NCBI GenBank assembly: GCA_963767735.1
Contig: CAVYES010000006.1
Location: forward strand, 288,001-352,000
Length of the DNA: 64,000 nt
Origin: Candidatus Bathyarchaeota archaeon
GTDB taxonomy: Archaea > Thermoproteota > Bathyarchaeia > Bathyarchaeales > Bathycorpusculaceae
Reading direction: 5' to 3'
Part shown: one piece after another, positions 60,351 through 64,000 of the stretch
Layout of the letters: the number at the start of each line of letters is the position of its first letter
Numbering within the stretch: position 1 is the stretch's first letter
The notes under the pieces: model-generated
Databases searched by the model: none
What the model was told of the DNA's origin: nothing
The model's input: only the letters and a program-made list of their open reading frames with translations
Program-made: the position numbers and the translations under genes

Positions 60351-61025
60351 AAATTCATTCCCTTTCCAAACTCAGTATCATGTTATACTTAGTATCACAT
60401 GATACTTTTTGAATCTGTCTTTTGGTACCTTCATTACCGCTTCTCACAGTTTACCTTAGACGTATTACGGACAAGAAGTAGTGTGCTCCGGGCAAAGTTT
60501 CAGTCATCGTTACGCTTGACTTGCATACTTTTGCCTCTTATAAAATACGTGTTCCCTTCTTTCTGCGGTTGGATTAAGTGTTTAGACGGCGTCGTTCTGG
60601 TGGAGTGTGGCTAAAAAATCCTGATCGGATTTGACGAAAAGAGTGCTTCGATAAGGCGTGATTCTCTTAATCAAGCCTAAGGATACTGCCGTGCGTGCTG
60701 CTCGACATTGTTTTGAAAATGACTCTTTGTGTTAACGGCAAACAAACAACATCCACCTATGATATTTTAGGATATTTTAGGATATTTTAATAGACAACCT
60801 GCAAACGATTTAGGTTTTGCTTCAAAAAAGCAACCCAAACCAGCCTGAACAGAAATGGCGACTCAACTGTTGTTGTTCTATCAGACAAATAAACGCACAG
60901 CTAAAAAAGCACACGGTAAGATGTGTTTGGCGTTAAATTGCACCAAATGGAACATTAATTGAGTGATTTGTAAAGTAAAAGTCGCAATATATAAAAATCA
61001 TTTTAGTTAGAAAAGCCTCACTCAG

Positions 61026-61373
61026 GTGAATACAATGGATTTCTGCCCAAAATGTGGATCTATACTTCAAACAGCAAAGAAAGGTTCTTCCACGCTTAGA
61101 TGTCCAAAATGCAAATATCAAAAACCAATGGGGCTTGAAGAATCAAACAAAAAAATAAGCCTACAACTTGGCAAAGCAGCGGAAATCGCTGTCATAGATC
61201 GCAGCAAAGAGGCAAAGCTTAGACTGCTTCCGACAATTCATGTGGTCTGTGAAAAATGCGGAAACACCGAAAGCGAAACCTGGACTGTCGAAGCTGCAGA
61301 CGAGACTATCCATTCAACAATTACATTCTTCAGATGCACAAAATGTAAAACCACCAGAAGAGAATCTGGATAA
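61026..61373 (+). CDS. Transcription factor S (TFS/RpoM) family paralogue
   Basis: MDFCPKCG...CPKC and CEKC...ADE...FFRCTKC zinc ribbons. Confidence 0.85.
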   Translation: MNTMDFCPKCGSILQTAKKGSSTLRCPKCKYQKPMGLEESNKKISLQLGKAAEIAVIDRSKEAKLRLLPTIHVVCEKCGNTESETWTVEAADETIHSTITFFRCTKCKTTRRESG

Positions 61374-61433
61374 GCTAAATAGCCACTGTCCTCGCGACTA
61401 TTTTTTAAAAAAGGATCGGCGGGCGACTTCTCC

Positions 61434-61471
61434 ACGGGTTGATGGATTCAAATCCAACTTCCCTGCACCAA
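61434..61471 (+). other. Degenerate tRNA 3' half (tRNA-Leu-like)
   Basis: cgggttgatggaTTCAAATccaacttcCCTGCACCA; ends like a tRNA-Leu acceptor strand plus CCA. Confidence 0.5.
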
Positions 61472-61566
61472 TGTCGTGCCAAAACCGAAAGTTTCTACAC
61501 AGATAATCGTATCCAGCGTAACGAGACAGGTGATGCAGCAACCTTAAAAGGAAGGCTTAGACATAG

Positions 61567-61779
61567 ATGTTTACGGTTATGTTTATGGCGAAGAAAACCA
61601 CTATAACCTTGCGGGATGATGTCTACCAAACTTTAAAAGAGAAGGCAGGAGCCCGAAACATTTCAAGCCAAATAAACAAAATTCTTATCGACTACTTTTC
61701 AAAGACAGACAGCATGTTTGGCACCATGAAAGAGGCAGATCTCACAGACATCAGAGATCACAAGGATCGCTGCCTATGA
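61567..61779 (+). CDS. Antitoxin, copy 2
   Basis: Protein identical to 53883..54095. Confidence 0.8.
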   Translation: MFTVMFMAKKTTITLRDDVYQTLKEKAGARNISSQINKILIDYFSKTDSMFGTMKEADLTDIRDHKDRCL

Positions 61780-62165
61780 AATACGTCATCGACTCCTATG
61801 CATGGTTAGCGTACTTTATGGGAACCGAAGCGGGAGAAAAAGTCAAACCCCTAATTGAAGGCTCCGAAGAAAAAATAACTCCTACAATATGTTTAGCTGA
61901 AGTCTACGAGAAAGCTCTCAAAGTGGAAGGGAAAGAAATCGCTGAAAAACAAAGAATATTCATTAAAGAAAAAAGCTCTCTGGCTCAGCTGGACGAATTA
62001 ATAGCGGTTGAAGCAGCAAAAGCGCAATGCGAAATGAAAAAGGAAATTGACGGGTGGGGACTTGCGGACTCTATAGTCTACGCTACGGGAGTGATTAAAA
62101 AAGCAGATGTTGTCACAGGCGATGAGCATTTCAAGAAACTTGAAGGCGTACTGTTCATAAAATAA
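61776..62165 (+). CDS. vapC: PIN-domain VapC toxin, copy 2
   Basis: Differs from 54092..54481 at three residues (VIKKAD vs VVKKGN). Confidence 0.92.
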   Translation: MKYVIDSYAWLAYFMGTEAGEKVKPLIEGSEEKITPTICLAEVYEKALKVEGKEIAEKQRIFIKEKSSLAQLDELIAVEAAKAQCEMKKEIDGWGLADSIVYATGVIKKADVVTGDEHFKKLEGVLFIK

Positions 62166-62573
62166 CTACCAGAGAGAAAACCAGCCACTGGTGAGCGAGG
62201 CAAGTCATTTCAGTAGGTGTTTGAGCGTTTTTTGAAGGCTCAGCTTCAAATCAAACATGATAAATTGCACAATAAACCCGCAAAAACTCAAGGATCTGCA
62301 GACCACTAAAGCTGCGAAAAAATGGTCATTGACCAAAAACGGTTTAAACAAGGTCTTTTCAGAGAGTCTTTCCAAATGGGGTATCCCCCCAAAATTGGTC
62401 AATTCTGACCAATGGAGAAATGTAATTAAGACTTAAGGCAAAAGCAAAATCAAAATCAACCAGGACTTCTAAATAAATTTAAGCTGAAATCATTACTAAT
62501 ACCTTGTCAAGCCCATAACCAAAAAAGAAACCCAAAACCACTTGAACAAAAAGGGGCTTAATACAATCGTTGT

Positions 62574-63782
62574 TCACGCAGGTTTTGCAGTTTTTTTTCG
62601 AAGCATACTATTTCGCGTGGCAATTATCGATTCAGTTTTGGAGCCACCTATATCTTTTAAAACAGATTTAAGCTGTTGAGGAATATCTATGTGTTGGGGG
62701 CAATGTGCTACGCATTTTTTGCATTCTATACATAGTGAGGCATCAGAATGTTTACCGCCGAATCCACCCATTAACATCAACGCATACATTGATCTTGATC
62801 TTTTTTCATCGCTGAACATGCAGTAGTCATTGTAGATTCTGAAGTTAGCGGGAATGTTGACTCCGGAAGGGCATGGCATGCAATATCGGCAGCCTGTGCA
62901 TGGAACCTTGATAAGGCGCCTATAAGCTTCAGCTACGTTTTTGATAGTCGCAAGCTCAGTGGGTTTCATTGAGCATGGAAACGCTGTCTCCGCGGTTTTA
63001 ACGTTTTCAGCAACTTGTTTCTTCATGTTCATTCCTGAAAGAACAACTGTCACTTCTGGATGATTCCAAACCCAGCGAAGACCCCACTCAGCCGGAGACC
63101 TCCGAATTTTAGCGTTATCATAAAGTTGCTTTACTTCATTTGGAAGCTTACCGGCTAATGCTCCGCCTCTCAGAGGCTCCATAATCATAACCGCAAGATT
63201 CTTTGAAGCGGCGTACTTTAGACCCACCGTTCCCGCCTGCACTTTTTCATCCATAAAATTATATTGCATTTGACACATCGTCCAGTCATTTGCATTTATG
63301 ATTTCTTTGAAGGTTTCAATGGATCCGTGAAATGAAAAGCCCATGTTGACGATTTTTCCATCGGCTTTTGCTTTTTCCAAAAATTGTAAAACGTTAAAGG
63401 CTTGTAGTTTTTTCCAAAACTCTTCTTCAAGCCCATGTAGAAGGTAATAGTCAATATGATCAGTTTGCAGTTTTTGCAGCGATGCATTTAACATTCTATC
63501 CATGTCTTCGGCTTTACTTAGCAGAAACGGGGTAAGTTTTGTAGCTATCTTTACTTTTTTGCGGTAGCCATCCAACAAGGCTTTTCCAAGCACCCTCTCG
63601 CTCTCACCACCATGATACGGTGGAGCTGAATCAACATAATTTACGCCGTTGTCGATTGCATAACGAATTTGTTTTACTGCGCGTTCTTCATCGATGTTTT
63701 GTCCCTTTAACGGTAACCGCATGGCTCCAAATCCCAAAGCTGACAACTTATCGCCGTTTTTAGGTACAATTCTATATTGCAT
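62574..63782 (-). CDS. Aldo/keto reductase with C-terminal 4Fe-4S domain
   Basis: LGFGAMR, D.A..Y, IATK, DYYLLH, GFSFH, CTGCRYCMPCP, CIECKKCVAHCP. Confidence 0.92.
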   Translation of the reverse strand: MQYRIVPKNGDKLSALGFGAMRLPLKGQNIDEERAVKQIRYAIDNGVNYVDSAPPYHGGESERVLGKALLDGYRKKVKIATKLTPFLLSKAEDMDRMLNASLQKLQTDHIDYYLLHGLEEEFWKKLQAFNVLQFLEKAKADGKIVNMGFSFHGSIETFKEIINANDWTMCQMQYNFMDEKVQAGTVGLKYAASKNLAVMIMEPLRGGALAGKLPNEVKQLYDNAKIRRSPAEWGLRWVWNHPEVTVVLSGMNMKKQVAENVKTAETAFPCSMKPTELATIKNVAEAYRRLIKVPCTGCRYCMPCPSGVNIPANFRIYNDYCMFSDEKRSRSMYALMLMGGFGGKHSDASLCIECKKCVAHCPQHIDIPQQLKSVLKDIGGSKTESIIATRNSMLRKKTAKPA

Positions 63783-63802
63783 TCCAAACCCCCAGAAGGT
63801 TT

Positions 63803-64000
63803 TCAAAGCCAGGGTTTACAAATGATTTCCCGAACTTTTACGTCGAAGAAATCCTGAACGTTGGCGGGCTGAAGCACAAGTGCCGTGTCAGCTCCACTGC
63901 CGGTTCCGCCTATCGAAATCACGTCTTCTTTTACACTTATGAATCCGGCATCTGCTGCCATCATTGCGATTTCAATCGCCACTTTGGTTCCTTGACCAAA
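63803..64000 (-). CDS. Partial pyruvate-kinase C-terminal-like (PK_C, COG1751-type) protein; 5' end outside the window
   Basis: FGQGTKVAIEIAMMAADAG...IGGTGSGADTA...REIICKP. Confidence 0.8.
   Translation of the reverse strand, partial: FGQGTKVAIEIAMMAADAGFISVKEDVISIGGTGSGADTALVLQPANVQDFFDVKVREIICKPWL

Noticed and set aside
60760-60790. gatattttag x3 microrepeat
   Set aside because: Isolated 10-bp tandem repeat with no supporting context; may be slippage
49583-62165. Classical integron cassette array
   Set aside because: No integron integrase, no consistent RYYYAAC/GTTRRRY attC hairpins seen, and genes occur in both orientations

Overview
Archaeal DNA, most consistent with Bathyarchaeia/TACK (PolB1-type polymerase, CarS, RadB, AglB/AglH, PEF-CTERM surface protein, GGAGGTGA Shine-Dalgarno sites). 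About 1-16 kb is core genome: replication/repair, N-glycosylation including an OST3/OSTC-like protein, and lipid synthesis. From 16 kb onward the window is accessory and mosaic. It holds about a dozen toxin-antitoxin-type pairs and an AT-rich defence-like island at 35-45.5 kb (GHKL ATPase, PD-(D/E)XK nuclease, SIR2, CBS-HEPN, two proteins sharing an Asn/Gly-rich motif plus helical tail). That island is punctuated by three copies of an unexplained non-coding module (palindromes or iterons, a C-rich spacer, then GTGTGTGTGGGACTAAATTTT) and carries one IS with a 12-bp TSD. Further right are a bacterial-type ClpB, an MrfAB-like pair and a TA array whose modules are separated by degenerate tRNA-Cys-like and tRNA-Leu-like fragments and internal duplications. 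Several single-base frameshifts, including one in PolB, are probably assembly errors. I found no intact tRNA or rRNA gene, CRISPR array or integrase. All family assignments come from motif recognition, not database searches.
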